Below are positions 17,978 through 29,755 of a DNA stretch of 64,000 bases, one piece after another (the stretch's first letter is position 1; each line of letters opens with the position of its first letter). A program made the translations under genes and the position numbers. The stretch lies in the NCBI GenBank assembly GCA_965112735.1, contig OZ218961.1:1736001-1800000 (forward strand), read 5' to 3'. Source of the stretch: Phaeosaccion multiseriatum (lineage: Eukaryota > Protista > Ochrophyta, other classes). A model generated the notes under the pieces. That model had not been told where the DNA came from. It was given only the letters and a program-made list of their open reading frames with translations, and did not search any database.

Positions 17978-18466
17978 TCCTCCTCCGGCTGCAACGGGAC
18001 TGCCGCCTTCACAGGCTAGGCGCAAGAGCCAAAGGTCTGAGAGGTCCTCCCCGTTGCGCAGCAGGTCGCTGCCGTTCGAGCCTGATTCAAATGGAAGGAA
18101 GTCAAGTGCAAAGCATGTGTATGTGTATGGGTGTGCGTAAGGGCAGAGCGACACGCAGCACACCCACACCCAACGGGATAGGCAGGGGATGGCAGTAGAC
18201 AGGGGGCAGGAGCAGCACTCACTCACCCCCCGCGATGAGCAGCGCGCCGCGGGAAGGCAGGTATGTGGCGCTATGACCGAACCTTGGGCCTGGCGGGGAG
18301 GAGGGAGGACAGACGAAAGCATCGTTAGGGGCCGTAGAGCATTCCCACGCCACACTTGCGAGGCACCACATCACACACGCACACATGCACACATTTACTC
18401 ACTCTCTCTCAACTACTAACTTTTTCACTCACTCATTCACTCACACGCACGCACACGCACACGCAC

Positions 18467-18499
<33 letters not shown>

Positions 18500-20024
18500 C
18501 ACGCACACACGCACACGCACATAAAAGTATGCACACACACCTGGCCTCGGGCCCACCTCGTCGACCTGAGCCCACTCTAGACTCTCCAAATCGAGGGCCT
18601 CTAGACTGTGGCTCGCGGCGCCTCCGCTGATACCTCCAAACAATACCAGGTGCTTGCTTTGGCTGGCCTCGCCGCCAAGGCCGGGCACAAGGGTGGCGGA
18701 GTGGTAGGCGCGAGTAGTGGCGGTGGAGAGCTGTGCACTCGTCAGAGGCTGGTACCAGTGGGATTGGGGCCTTCGCTGGGGCATGGGCCTCTCGTGAGCA
18801 GCCCCAGTGATTGCCTGCTTTGGCTCGTGGTGTCTCGCGGATGCGGGGTGGTGCTCGCTGCTGGGAGCGCTCTCCTCCTGCCCGCCCCTAGTACTCGCAC
18901 TGCCACTCTCACTGTCACAATCACTGTCACTATCACTCTCACTCTCACTCTCACTATCCCTCGCCGCTGCCCCTGTCCCAGCCCTCCCTGCTGCCGGCGA
19001 GGTGTCGGTGTCGGCCATCTCGATTCGGATGAAGGACACCCAGTTCACGTCTCCATTGTACCCACCGTACAAGCACCCCCCCACCAGAGCAATTGTGTCG
19101 TCCGAGATGGCAGTGGACGTGTGCCCATACGAAGTTGAGGGCGGGAAGGTGCTTGTAGCATCAGGCTTCACAAGCTGCCATGGAGTGCGCGATCGCGATA
19201 GATCAGACATGTCGAGCAGTGAAATGATGTGTCGCGCCCCGCGATTCCCCATGCTGCCCCATCCAGACAGGAGAGCGAGGTGCTTGCGCTGCCTGCCTGT
19301 GCCAAGGCCTCCTCCTCCTCCTCCTCCTCCTCCTCCTCCTCCTCCTCCTCCTCCCCCCTCCACCTTCCGAGTCTCGTCAGCCAGGCTCACCACTGCAGCG
19401 CTGTGACCCTCCTGCCTGCCTGGGCCAGCGTTCGCCGAGAGGACACGTCTGGAGGCGCTGCCACCCGTATCCTCGGCGGCCCGCGAGGGGAGGCGCCTCC
19501 AGCGCACAGTCTTGGCCTTGTCGACGGCTGCCCGTGCGTGTTGTGAGTAAGCTCGGGTTAGAGTGTGTCAGAGGAGGCCAAAGGCCAGAAGCGTCTCAAA
19601 TGGATAAAGGGAGGGCAAGATCTACAACCAAAAAGAAGGCTCACCTGCGCATGTTCGGTAGAGCTCCTGCAGTTCCTTCACTCTGTGTCTCTTCTCAGTC
19701 TCCCTTGCCTCTTTCTGGTGTGTGTGTTGCAAGGATATACCCATGCCTCGAAAGGCAGCCAGCTGCGTCGAAGCATCAACATGCTCCTGCGTGAGCGCCT
19801 TGAGCCACACGCGGGGAGTGGTAGCACAGACCCCGTTTAGCACTTGGCAGCAGGACGCCACCAGCGCAATTTCCCGCCCGGACAGGAAGCTCATCTTGAA
19901 GGTGGAAAGAAAAAAGAGGGTGAAAATTAAAATGACCGAATAAATGTGGGAAGGACAAAGCGAAAGACGTCCGACTACCTACCATTTCATCGCTCAGTTC
20001 TGGCCTTCCTGCAAGGGAAAGCAT
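16668..20024 (-). CDS. F-box-like + Kelch-repeat protein, multi-exon
   Basis: N-terminus LSDEM|MSFLSGREIALVASCC (F-box-like); Kelch repeats EGHSAAVV, YGHTSTAISDDTIALVGG, AYHSATLV..LVLFGG, RCHTATRIGHKVFLFGG, HLWIHGGW. Confidence 0.7.
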
Positions 20025-20254
20025 GTTGAGACAAGGGAGAGGATGAGAGAGAAAGGAAGGACAAAGAAAAAGACAAAGAAATTGAAACTCAAACCCTCCG
20101 TTGGGATTCCGTTTGTATCGATTTTTTATTTTCCGGATGCGTCCCCCCCTCCCCGTCTAGTATAGAACGCAATATTTTCAATACACGAAAAAGAACGGAC
20201 AGATGAAGGAGACATAGCATCAGTGGAGCAGCACGGGGTGCTGACCAACCCTCT

Positions 20255-21561
20255 ATGGGTGGATGCTGCTGCTCCAACGCGTACAAAGCCGCTGAGAATA
20301 CCTCCAACAACCCCAATTCGAGGCCCAAGGAGCGGTTCCTGGAAAAGGGGCAGGAGCAGGAGACGAAGCAGGAGCAGCCACAGCGGCGTCCAGAGAGAAA
20401 TCTTAATCTTCCGAGCAGAAAGCGTGGCAGAGTGGGGGGGAGCAGCAGCGGCAGCAAACCTTCTATTCTGTTAACCCCTCTGTTCCGAGTCGGGTGGGCA
20501 ACGCCATCTCCGTCTCGGGATGTGAAGAAAAAGAACAGGAAGCAGGATAAGGAGGAGGGCACAAGAGAGGTAGAGGAAGAGGTTCGGAGAGCCCTTGGTT
20601 ACAGAGGGACTCGCATCGTGAGCTTGGAGAACACCCTGGCGGACAAGGTGGGCGCCGAGCACCTGAAGCGATTCATGGTGGGCTCCTTCGCGTCAGAGAC
20701 GTATTCCTTCTCGACGTTGGTTTCTTCTCTTCAGGACGAGAGTGTGGAGGAGGGCAGCAGGGAGTCGGTATCGTTGGCTAGAGAGATTTGCGAGCGATGC
20801 ATCAGGTGGGTCACCACATTTGCCCATCTCTACTCCGACCAGCCCCCTGCTCCACTCCACCTCGAATGAGGGTGTGTGGTCCTGTCCCCTGCCCTCACCC
20901 GACTATTGCCCACCCCTTCCTTCCTGGTGCCGTTGTTGTTGTTGTTGTGGTTGTTGTTTTTGTTGGTGGTGGTGGTGTTGGTGGTGTGCTCTTGTGGCGG
21001 CTTGTCTGCAGGCAACACTCGCGTGAAGCCGTAAACCTCACTGAAGATGTGCGCCTGAGGACGCTGGAGCGAGTGGAGCAGGGGCAGTGCAAGCGGGCGT
21101 TTGACGAAGCGCAGTGGGTCGTGTTCACAATGGTGCTCATGGACTTGTGGCCAAAGTTCCTAACGTCTGCACACTTTAAGGCCTTGACACGCGAACAAGG
21201 GTATGCCGGCTACGAGCTGCAAGTTGAAAGCTTTCAGGTGAGTTGAGTGATTCCTTGGCACAGAGACTTCGAAAAGAAACACCACCACTACCACCACCTC
21301 CAGTAGCAGCAGCAGGTGGCAGGCGCCCTTGTGCTCCGATGGTGGATGAATGGGAAGTCTTACTCCGGTCTTTTGTTGTCCTTTCCTTCTCCACAGGAGC
21401 AAGTGGACAAGCTGGTCTTCCGCAAGTCAAGCATAACTCTGACCGACACGCACCGATGGTGGGTGAAGACTCGCATGAGCCTCTCTCAGAGCGCCGATAT
21501 AAATCTGGATGTGGGCATTTCGCCCGTCCGCTTGGAGCCCTTGCGCGTCGAGACGGAGTAG
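20255..21561 (+). CDS. RGS (regulator of G-protein signalling) domain protein with N-terminal acylation motif; 3 exons
   Basis: MGGCCC start; SLENTLADKVGAEHLKRFM..SETYSF, AREICERCI, EAVNL, AFDEAQWVVFTMVLMDLWPKFLTS. Confidence 0.75.
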
Positions 21562-22097
21562 GGAGTAGCACCTCCGCTGTCTGTTCTGTCTGCTGCTCCT
21601 ACCCCTGCTTCCACGTTGCTTCTGATTGAGGCCAAGTGCGAGTGTGGCCAGGGTTGTTGACTTCGCGTGGAGTCCTGCCCCTGCGCATTCGTTTGAAGCG
21701 TCTTTTGTTGTTGAGTGAGGGAAAAGACCTTTCAACACCTTCTGTGGCTGCCTTGGCGCCACAAGGAAATACAACCCACACTTGGCGTGGGTTGTTTGGA
21801 TTGGATTCCAACCCACCGCGGGACCTTCCCTGCCGATGGGCGTGGGGATGTCGCCGCAGGCCAGGGGTGTAGCTGCTGCCCTCAAAGGATGGGATGGGCG
21901 GGAAACAATGGCAAGAAAGCGCCTCACTACCAGTGTAGGTCATAACTAAACAGAGCACCATTGTATATATCAACTTGTGCATCTACTATACCTATCTCCT
22001 CTCTATGCAGTACCAGGAGTACGAAAAACAAACAAACCTTCCCCTCCTCCTCCCTTCCATCCCTCCTTCCAGCCTTCCTCCCTTCCTTCCTCCCCCC

Positions 22098-25000
22098 TCA
22101 AAAGAAGACCGCATCCTCATCCTCCTCCTCCTCAATCTCCTGAAAGTAGGCCGCCATGGTCGGCGCTGCCCGAGGCGTGTCCGTCGGCATAAACGTAGCG
22201 ATACTCGCGCTGCGCGGAATAGACACACTGCTCCCTCCATCCACGCCCATGCCCACATCCCAACCACCCCCCCCAACGATGCCGTTGGCCGCTAGTTGGC
22301 TGGCCCCCAGCGCGTTGAAGTGGTTGAGGTTGAGCTGGAACTGGTCCGAGTCAGGCAGGTTCTGCATGTCCCGAGAGGAGTTGTTGGAACGGATCATGTC
22401 GGACAGGTAGGAAGTGGAGTAGTTGCGCGTTACGGAGGTGGACACCTGGTTGGGGGGGGGGGTTGTTGGGGGTGTTGGCGAGAGAGGGGAGAGAGCGGGT
22501 GAAGCGAAAGAAGACTCATCAGCTGTTCTGTTCCCGTTGTGTCGACGAGAGCAAACTAAAGAGAGAGACACACACACAATCATAGACATCGACATACAGA
22601 ACCAACGGGCCCACTTACCTTGGCGACGCCCCGGAGCAGCTCCATGACGTCATCAATGTCATCGACGTAACTATTGGCTGAGGACGGTTTCTTGCCCACC
22701 GTCACGGAAAATACGCTCGTGGACACGGCGTTCTCTCCCCCCCCTCCTCCCATTGTTGCAGCCATGTCTTCCTTCTCACTGCGAAACGCCTCCACCGCCT
22801 GGAACATCTTCTCGTCCGAGGCCTCGTCCCCAATCGCGAGGATGAAGGAGGGGGTTCTGTCGTCTGCGATGAGCTGGTTGACAATCCGCTCCACAAACGC
22901 GCCCTTGTCCACCCCCTCCGGCCGCACCTCCACATACCCTCCTGACTCCTTCCCTCCTCCGCGCAAGATCTCCAGGCTGAAGGGCTTGAGTGCCTGTGAG
23001 AGCTGATCCTCAAGCTCCTTGCTCTGCAGAAAGCCAAACTCCGGGTCGGCATCTCTGTACTGCCACAGCACCGCACTGCCCTTCTCCTCAATGTACGTCC
23101 CGTGTGTTCTGAGCGTGTAAATCTCCATAATGCTCTTTGTGAGCTCCTGCCAGCCTGTCTCGATCATAGGCACCAGCTTCTCCCACTCCCCCTGATGCAC
23201 ATGGTTATGGTGCTTGCCAGGGAAGCGGTAGTGTAACCCATGCTCGGCAGCAATCCCAAGCCCCTTCACCCCGCCCAGGTACCCCTCTATACTCGCCTTC
23301 TCCCGCCCGCTCACAACAAACACCAAGTTCCTGGGGTCGCTGCACAGCTGCTCCAACAGCGGCGCCAGCATGGCCGGCGGTTGAGGCGTCTCCACCGCCT
23401 TGGTAGCGAGGGCATAGTGCATGATGCCCGCGCTCTTTGGCTCAGGCAAGAGAGTGCCTCCGTAGTCAAGGAACAAGACGCGGTGCTTGGAGTGGCGGTA
23501 GGCCCTGCTCACTGCGCTGAGATCGAGGGGCTGGAAGGAGGCGTCCATCCCCACGACGCGGAAGTTGAGCCCGAGCCCGATGGGGGCCATGGCGGTGCGC
23601 TCCAGTGACTTATGCACGCCCTTGAGGTCCTTGAGGAGGGAGTAGGCCCATGTGGCGGTCGTGTTCTTGAGGACGAAGTGAGAGTTCTTCGCAAAGCGCG
23701 CCTCTCGCTGTTGGCGGTGAGTGGGGTGGAGAATGGGTGGCGAATGGGGTGGATGATTGGCGGTGAGTGAGGTGGATATTGGGTGGTGGACGGGTTGATA
23801 ATGGGTGATGAATGGGGGATGAGCGTGCTGGTCATGACTTGAGTTCGAGGTTAAGGTTAGGTTGGTCTGAAAGAGGGCAACGAGAGCAACTGAAGACAAC
23901 TGGAGACGACAACAATAAGTGACAACAAACAACACGAGCCCCGACCATGAAACGCCAACCTTTCTCACAACTAGCGCTCGTGCCCCTCACCTGTTGCTTG
24001 GGCAGGTCGAGGATGTGCCTCAGCTGATCCGCCGTCTCCTCCACCTTCCACGGGTTGATGCGCATTGCCCCCCTCAACACCCGCATAGACGGGATGAACT
24101 CACTCAGCAGCACAACTCCAGGGTTCTGCCGTCGTTCATTCGAGTGCGCCAACACGTACTCCATCGGCAATCGGTTGAGGCCGTCGCGCACCCCCGTGTT
24201 GATGAGGGCATCGAATAGCACCAACCAAGGCTGCCTCGCCTGCATGGTGAGCGAGCTCTCCTCTCTCTCCAGGTAGATGGCGTTGGGGAGAGCACCCTTC
24301 TCGGAGGTGCCTCGGTCTCCGAGTTCGTTGACTTGTGCGGTCATGGTGCGCAGCTCCGCAGAGGTGTGCTTGTAGTCCTCTTTCCGCTCGTGGGCACTGA
24401 TGCCCACCTGGAAGAGGGAAAGTGGAGTTGGGGGGGAGAAGGAGACAAAGAAGAGAGAGAGAGGGAGAGAAAAGAGAGCGGGGAGAGAGAAGGCGAGAAG
24501 GTTTGAACACTCGATTTGCGTAAGAATCGCCCAAATCGCCCCCAATAAATGACGCTGGGAGAAGCGCTATAGCTCTTCGTGTAGCTCTTTGAGATGCCTA
24601 TCGATCCATGGCCTTTCGGCTTTCATCGCTTTTTTCCCTTCCCTACTTGTCAGCATTTCTGCAAGAGCACTCCCCCTTGCCGCCCGACCCCCAAAAAACG
24701 GGCGATTTGGGCGATTCTTACGCAAATCTAGTGTTCAAAAAAGAAGATCTCAGTGACCTTAAGGCGAGGGGGGGCGCAGATATCCCCAAACCCAGTACAA
24801 AATCATTGGAGGGAGAAAGGAGTGAGGGGATACAAACCACAAAGAACAAAGAAACGAACGAACAGACTGTCAAAACTCTTCCAAAGGGCAGAGCGGCCGG
24901 GCCGGGCCCAAAGCCTCCCCCCCCCACGCACGCACACACCCACGCATACACGCACCTGCACCAGCACACAGCGCTTGGCGAGCTCGGGGTGCCCCTCCAG

Positions 25001-26731
25001 CATGCGTCGGTACGCCGCGAGCTTGAGCTGCAGACCCTTGAGGCGCTGCACCTTGTCGATGCCGCCGAACACAAAGCGACCTCCAATGGCGTCGCGGAGC
25101 GAGGCAACATCCTTGTTGCTCGCGGCTTGACCGGCCGCATCGGCTGTGTCGTCCAGCCCGGCGGTGAGCGGCTGAATGCCCGCGTGGATGGAGACAATGG
25201 ACACCTCCCGATCATTGTACTCGAGCGTGCTGGTGCCTCGGCGCGCCCGTCCGCTCCCCTTGTTCTCCATGAGGCCCAAGATACGCCGGCAGCACGTGAG
25301 GAAGTGCCTGCTGTGCTCATATAGGTGGAAGCCCACTTGGTCGGCGTTGAGCATCCCCCGTAGCAGGTCCTCTCGGAAGGGGAGGGTTCTGAAGATCTCC
25401 GACGAGGGGAAGGGGGTGTGGAGGAAGAGCCCGATGCTGGCCGCTCGCATAACTCTTGTGAGGAAGCTGGGCAGGAGTAGTAAGTGGAAGCCGTGCACCC
25501 AAACAATGTCCCCCATATTGTACACCTCCACCACCCGGTCCTTGAACTTGCGATTGACCTGCGTGTAGGCGCTCCAGAGGTCCTGCAGCACAGTGGGCTC
25601 GAGCGTCTTTCGCAAATGGTCTCCGTAAATGTCCACGACGTGGTGGAAAGTGGGCCACAGTATGCCCTTGCAAAACTCGCTGTAGAACTTATGCACCAGT
25701 TGCTCGTCCAGAAACACGGGCGCACAGTCGAAGGGTATGAGGGCGTTGGTCAGAGACACCTGGTCCTGCTCGGTGAGGGTGCCTTTGTAGCGCACATGCC
25801 CCACGCGCGTCACTCTCAGCTGGATGGTGCTGCGGTGGAGAGACAGCAGCGATTCAAAGTCCCACTCAATCAGCCACTCGCCCTGACGCTCGGGGTCCTT
25901 CTTCACAAACACGGGGAGGAAAAACGACACGACAATGACTCCGTCCATCGGCGACATGGCGGGGGCCTCGGACCATTCCCCACTCTTCTGAGACGGGTGT
26001 CGCCGAATAGGGGGTCTACCCTTCACCCTCAGGCTCCCGCCCCCTCCGCTTCCGCTTCTCCTGGTGGAGGGAATCGTCCGACTCAACGGTACGGGATGCA
26101 ACCCCAGCTGCCCCCCGTCATTACCCACCCCATCTATCCAGTTATCCATCATCATCTGCATGGAGCTCCGTCTCTTCTCTGCCTTTTCCTCCTCTCCATC
26201 CGTGTCATCCGCCCCCGCCGCGGCTGCCAAGGCGGTTGCTATCGCTGCTGCCGACCCCGGCGCTGCTGCCAGTAGCGCCTCTGTGGACGTGCCTTCTTCT
26301 CCCTCCTCTCCCTCGCCACCTGCTGCCTCTGCTGCTGTTGTGGCTCCTCCCGCTGCTGCGGGGCCAGTCAAATTGTCGAGCACGTCTCCCTCGGTCATGA
26401 GCAAGGGCATGTCTTTGGCTGTAATGGAGCCCAGCTTCCTCTTCATGTTTCCGTTCTCCCACCGCAGCATATTGCCCCCGCTGAACACCACATATCCATA
26501 GGTTACGTTCTGGTCGAGAGGAATCGCCACCGGACTCGAAGTCCGCCAAAACGGGTAGCGTAGCGGGTCCGTCGTCAGCTCTACCCCATAGTTGTGGTTC
26601 CCATTCCCTAAGCTCGGACAGCTCCCGCAGACGTGGACAGCCTGGCCATGGCCCAGCTCCGCCTTCACCTCGAACACGACCTCGCAATACCCAGTTTCCC
26701 CAGCGGTGAAGGGGGGGTGGTAAGTCGACAT
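22098..26731 (-). CDS. CBM20 + trehalose-6-phosphate synthase (GT20) + phosphatase (HAD) fusion, class II-like; 4 exons
   Basis: FEVKAELGHGQAVHVCGSCPSLG (CBM20); FCKGILWPTFH, VWVHGFHLLLLP, GLFLHTPFPSSEIFRTLP, RDGLN, LSEF, INPW; FLDYGGTL, VVSGR, AAEHG, EVRPEGVDKG, IGDEASDE. Confidence 0.92.
24502..24739. mobile_element. MITE-like element (238 bp) with 40-bp terminal inverted repeats, inside a TPS intron
   Basis: 24502-24541 is the reverse complement of 24700-24739 with 1 mismatch; no transposase ORF; no clear TSD. Confidence 0.7.
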
Positions 26732-26760
26732 GCCAAATCGATCTGGTCTCCCCCCCCCAA

Positions 26761-26910
26761 TAGGCTGTAGCTTCCTCTGGGAGTGGTCCTGCTCCTGCCG
26801 CTGAAATACCCTGGTAAATGGGAGGGCGAGTCACCCACCCGAGTAGGCGGCAGCCTCCTCTGGCAGCGGCTCCTGCTCCTGCCTAAAGACCCTGGTAAAT
26901 GAGAGGGCGA
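26761..26910. repeat. Two diverged ~68-bp direct repeats just upstream of the TPS start
   Basis: 26761-26829 vs 26844-26910 share taggc..ctcctctgg..ctcctgctcctgcc..ccctggtaaatg.gagggcga. Confidence 0.8.
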
Positions 26911-27181
26911 CCCCCAGTTCCCTCCTTCTCTCTCGTCGCCCTCAGATCAAGCGGTCGGGAGACTTCCCTTTCGGACTGAGCCCATTTCTTGCAGCAGCTG
27001 TGCGCCAAGCGGGGCTCTAAGTGAATGGTATGACGTCCCGAGCGGTCGTGCTCTCTACCTGCGTCCCCCCTCTTCCTTTACCCTGCCGCTCTCTCACACA
27101 CACGTCTCAAACTAAAATTCACCTGATCGTCAGCCCAGACATCGCCCAGATGAACACAGGAACAAAAAAGGATCAGAGACA

Positions 27182-27996
27182 ATGGAAGGATGCAGCCTGG
27201 CCTTCGCCTCCCCACCGCTCAGTCTGGGCAGCGGCTGCACCACCTGCAGCAGAATCGGTAGCGTGCCCCCCCCAGAGCCTACGAATGGTCCCACTTTTGG
27301 AAGGTGGTCCTTGGCATCCAAACGAAGAGGCTCATCGAACCTGTTGGCGGGCGAGGGCGAGGGCGAGGGCGAGGGAAGCGGCTGGGTGGACCCAAAGTGG
27401 ATGGAGGGCGTATTCGGAAAGAAGGGAAACGCGGAAGGAGGAGGGGGAGGAGCACAGGCTGGGAAGGGCTTGATTGACATTCGGTTGAGTGGGTTGAAAA
27501 AAGGCGGCTTCAAGCTGTTCTTCTTCCTCGCGATGATGTCCATGGCGAAAGCACCGGACAACAAAGTGCCCTTCTCGGTGGACCAGGGAGACGACGGCGT
27601 GAGACTGCTCCTTACCGATACAACAACAGAGGACCCGTCCACCTACAATGGAGTCCTGGACTTGAGCTGGAAGGAGCCCGGGGATAAGGAGGATGGATAT
27701 TTGCGCGTGGACAGGATAAATTTAGAGGAGGTGAGAGTGAGAAACGGCTGTTGTGTGTGTTTCCTCTCCTCCCTTCCTCACGTCACTTTATTTTATCGAT
27801 CCTTTGCTGCCTCCTTCCTTGGGCGCACGCGCAGAAATCAGCCTATCCGGGGGAGGTGTACGTCTTGAAGAGCATCCTATCTGCCCTGGAGGAGATTAAT
27901 GACGAGGAGCGGCCGAACGAAGAGCGTCTGTTCGTACTCAAATCGTCTGATGAGCTTGTGAAGGCGAGGAAGCGTCTCGACGACAGGCGCAGCTGA
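27182..27996 (+). CDS. Hypothetical protein, 2 or more exons (intron ~27731-27834); start uncertain
   Basis: Coding-like ORF with GAG|gtgaga ... cag|AAA junction in frame; no recognised domain. Confidence 0.5.
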
Positions 27997-28665
27997 GGGG
28001 CGGGGCCCTAGCTCGCCGGAGGGGGGTCGAGAGCAGAACGCAAGCAGGCTCTCGGAGAACAGTTATAGCAAGGCCTAAACCACCCATTTTAATTAATGAG
28101 GGGGGGGGGGGGGCAGCACTTCCTTCCCCACGAAGCAACCCCCATCGGAAGTAGAAGCGGCTGAGCGCCCCCCCCTCTTGCGGTGGGTGCGAAGCGGGGA
28201 AAGAAGCGGGGAAAGCAAATGAATAGACAGATTGAAGCATGGCATCAAGGCCGGCGTACGGGAGATGATAGATACTGCAGGGTACATATAAGCAAAAAAG
28301 AAGAGGGAGGCGAGTGAGTGTCTCACGAGAGTGTGTCTCTATGAAACACCTGCTGCACCCCATTTCGTTTCCACAAAGTCTCATTCATGCGGAAGCGAGG
28401 CCTTCTCAGCTGTTCACCAAGCCCATCTTATTCAGCAGCGAACGGGGCATAGCCTCCTCCGACTCGTCTCCAGCACCATCACGCCATGCCTTCGCTGTAC
28501 GTCACTGTGCCTTTGGGGCAAGAGCGTCCTGCAGCAGCAGTCGCCTTCATGGCAAGCTTCGAAAATGAGCACAGCTTTAAGAGGCTGTGGTCAAGGCATG
28601 CAACAAGAGCAGTCTCTCGCAGAAGACCGGCCCGGCAAGGTAAGCAAGCCCTGGGATCAATCTCT

Positions 28666-29574
28666 TTAGTCTTGGCACTGGCAGGGTTTTCCGTTGGCGT
28701 GCACCCACTGCTTAGTCTCCTCGAAGGTTTCGGCGTCGATACTTTCAGTTGGAAGTAGCCCTCTGTCCCTGAGGACCTGTGGGCACGATCTTTCGTCCCA
28801 CGCACACTGCACTTCCTCTGACCGGAGCCATTTAAGCGTTGCCAGGCTCTTGGCACCCATGACTGCAAACTTACAGACATCCGCATTCCAGAGGCATAGG
28901 TGGCGGCCATTGGCGTGGAGGAGCTGCAGCACCCCAAGGTGTCCCATCCTCGCAGCGTAATACGAACCCTTACGCCACATTCCATTTCCATTCTCCTCTA
29001 GCAAGGCTCTCGTGCGAGGATGATGGAGCAGATACTCCACCACGGGAATGTGCCCCCCCTTCAGCGCACAGTTCAAATTGTGGGAGGTGAGTGGAGCATT
29101 CCCTTCGTCCGATAGCAGCCACTGCACCGTTTCAATATTCCCTCGATACAAAGCATATCCACACGTACTGCCATACCAGGGACACCTCTTCTTCGCGGGA
29201 AGATCTTCGGATCGCAGCCACTGAAGAATACTCAGGCCGTGCTGCTCGTTGAATAGCGTTCTACTACACACCCATTCATCCCAGGGGCATCCCTTTGCAT
29301 AAAGAGCCTTACACACGTCGACATCTCCGTGCATAGCAGCGACCTTGAAGACCTTCACAGTGAGCTCCAGGCCATGCCTTACTGCCCATTTCACGCGCTC
29401 TGCAGAGCTGACCACAGAGGACAGGTTTGTCTTCAAGGCTGGGTACACATTGCTGTAGTGCGTACACCACTCCTTACTCGTACCACCCACGAAGAGAAAA
29501 TGTGCCCCTCCCACGTACTCAAACACGACGCGGAGCAGCTCTATATTCGCCAAGGTCTTGTCCCTTTTGCTCAT
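28666..29574 (-). CDS. Single-exon ankyrin-like repeat protein of the 'CPWDE' type
   Basis: AAMHGDVDVCKAL..KGCPWDE, LSILQWLR, ALKGGHIPVVEYL, AARMGHLGVLQLL, LKWLR...CAWDE; N-terminal LLRVVFEYVG..FLFVG. Confidence 0.8.
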   Translation of the reverse strand: MSKRDKTLANIELLRVVFEYVGGAHFLFVGGTSKEWCTHYSNVYPALKTNLSSVVSSAERVKWAVRHGLELTVKVFKVAAMHGDVDVCKALYAKGCPWDEWVCSRTLFNEQHGLSILQWLRSEDLPAKKRCPWYGSTCGYALYRGNIETVQWLLSDEGNAPLTSHNLNCALKGGHIPVVEYLLHHPRTRALLEENGNGMWRKGSYYAARMGHLGVLQLLHANGRHLCLWNADVCKFAVMGAKSLATLKWLRSEEVQCAWDERSCPQVLRDRGLLPTESIDAETFEETKQWVHANGKPCQCQD

Positions 29575-29755
29575 AATTGTAGCCCCCTGCTGTTGCAGAA
29601 GTGTCCAAAGATACTACAAAAGATCAAAAGATGAAAGGAAAAAAACGTGGAGCACCAACACACGACCTCTTTGTCCCTTTGTCTTTATTGGGGGGGGGGC
29701 ACCATAGAAGATGCCGCTGCTGAGGTAGCCCCGTCACGGAGGACGGGCACGAAAA

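Noticed and set aside
24508-24733. Assignment of the MITE to the CACTA superfamily
   Set aside because: Inverted match extends beyond CACTA and the flanks (gaa/ttc) are not a direct 3-bp TSD
28300-28660. Short ORFs downstream of the ankyrin gene
   Set aside because: No recognisable motif or consistent splice structure
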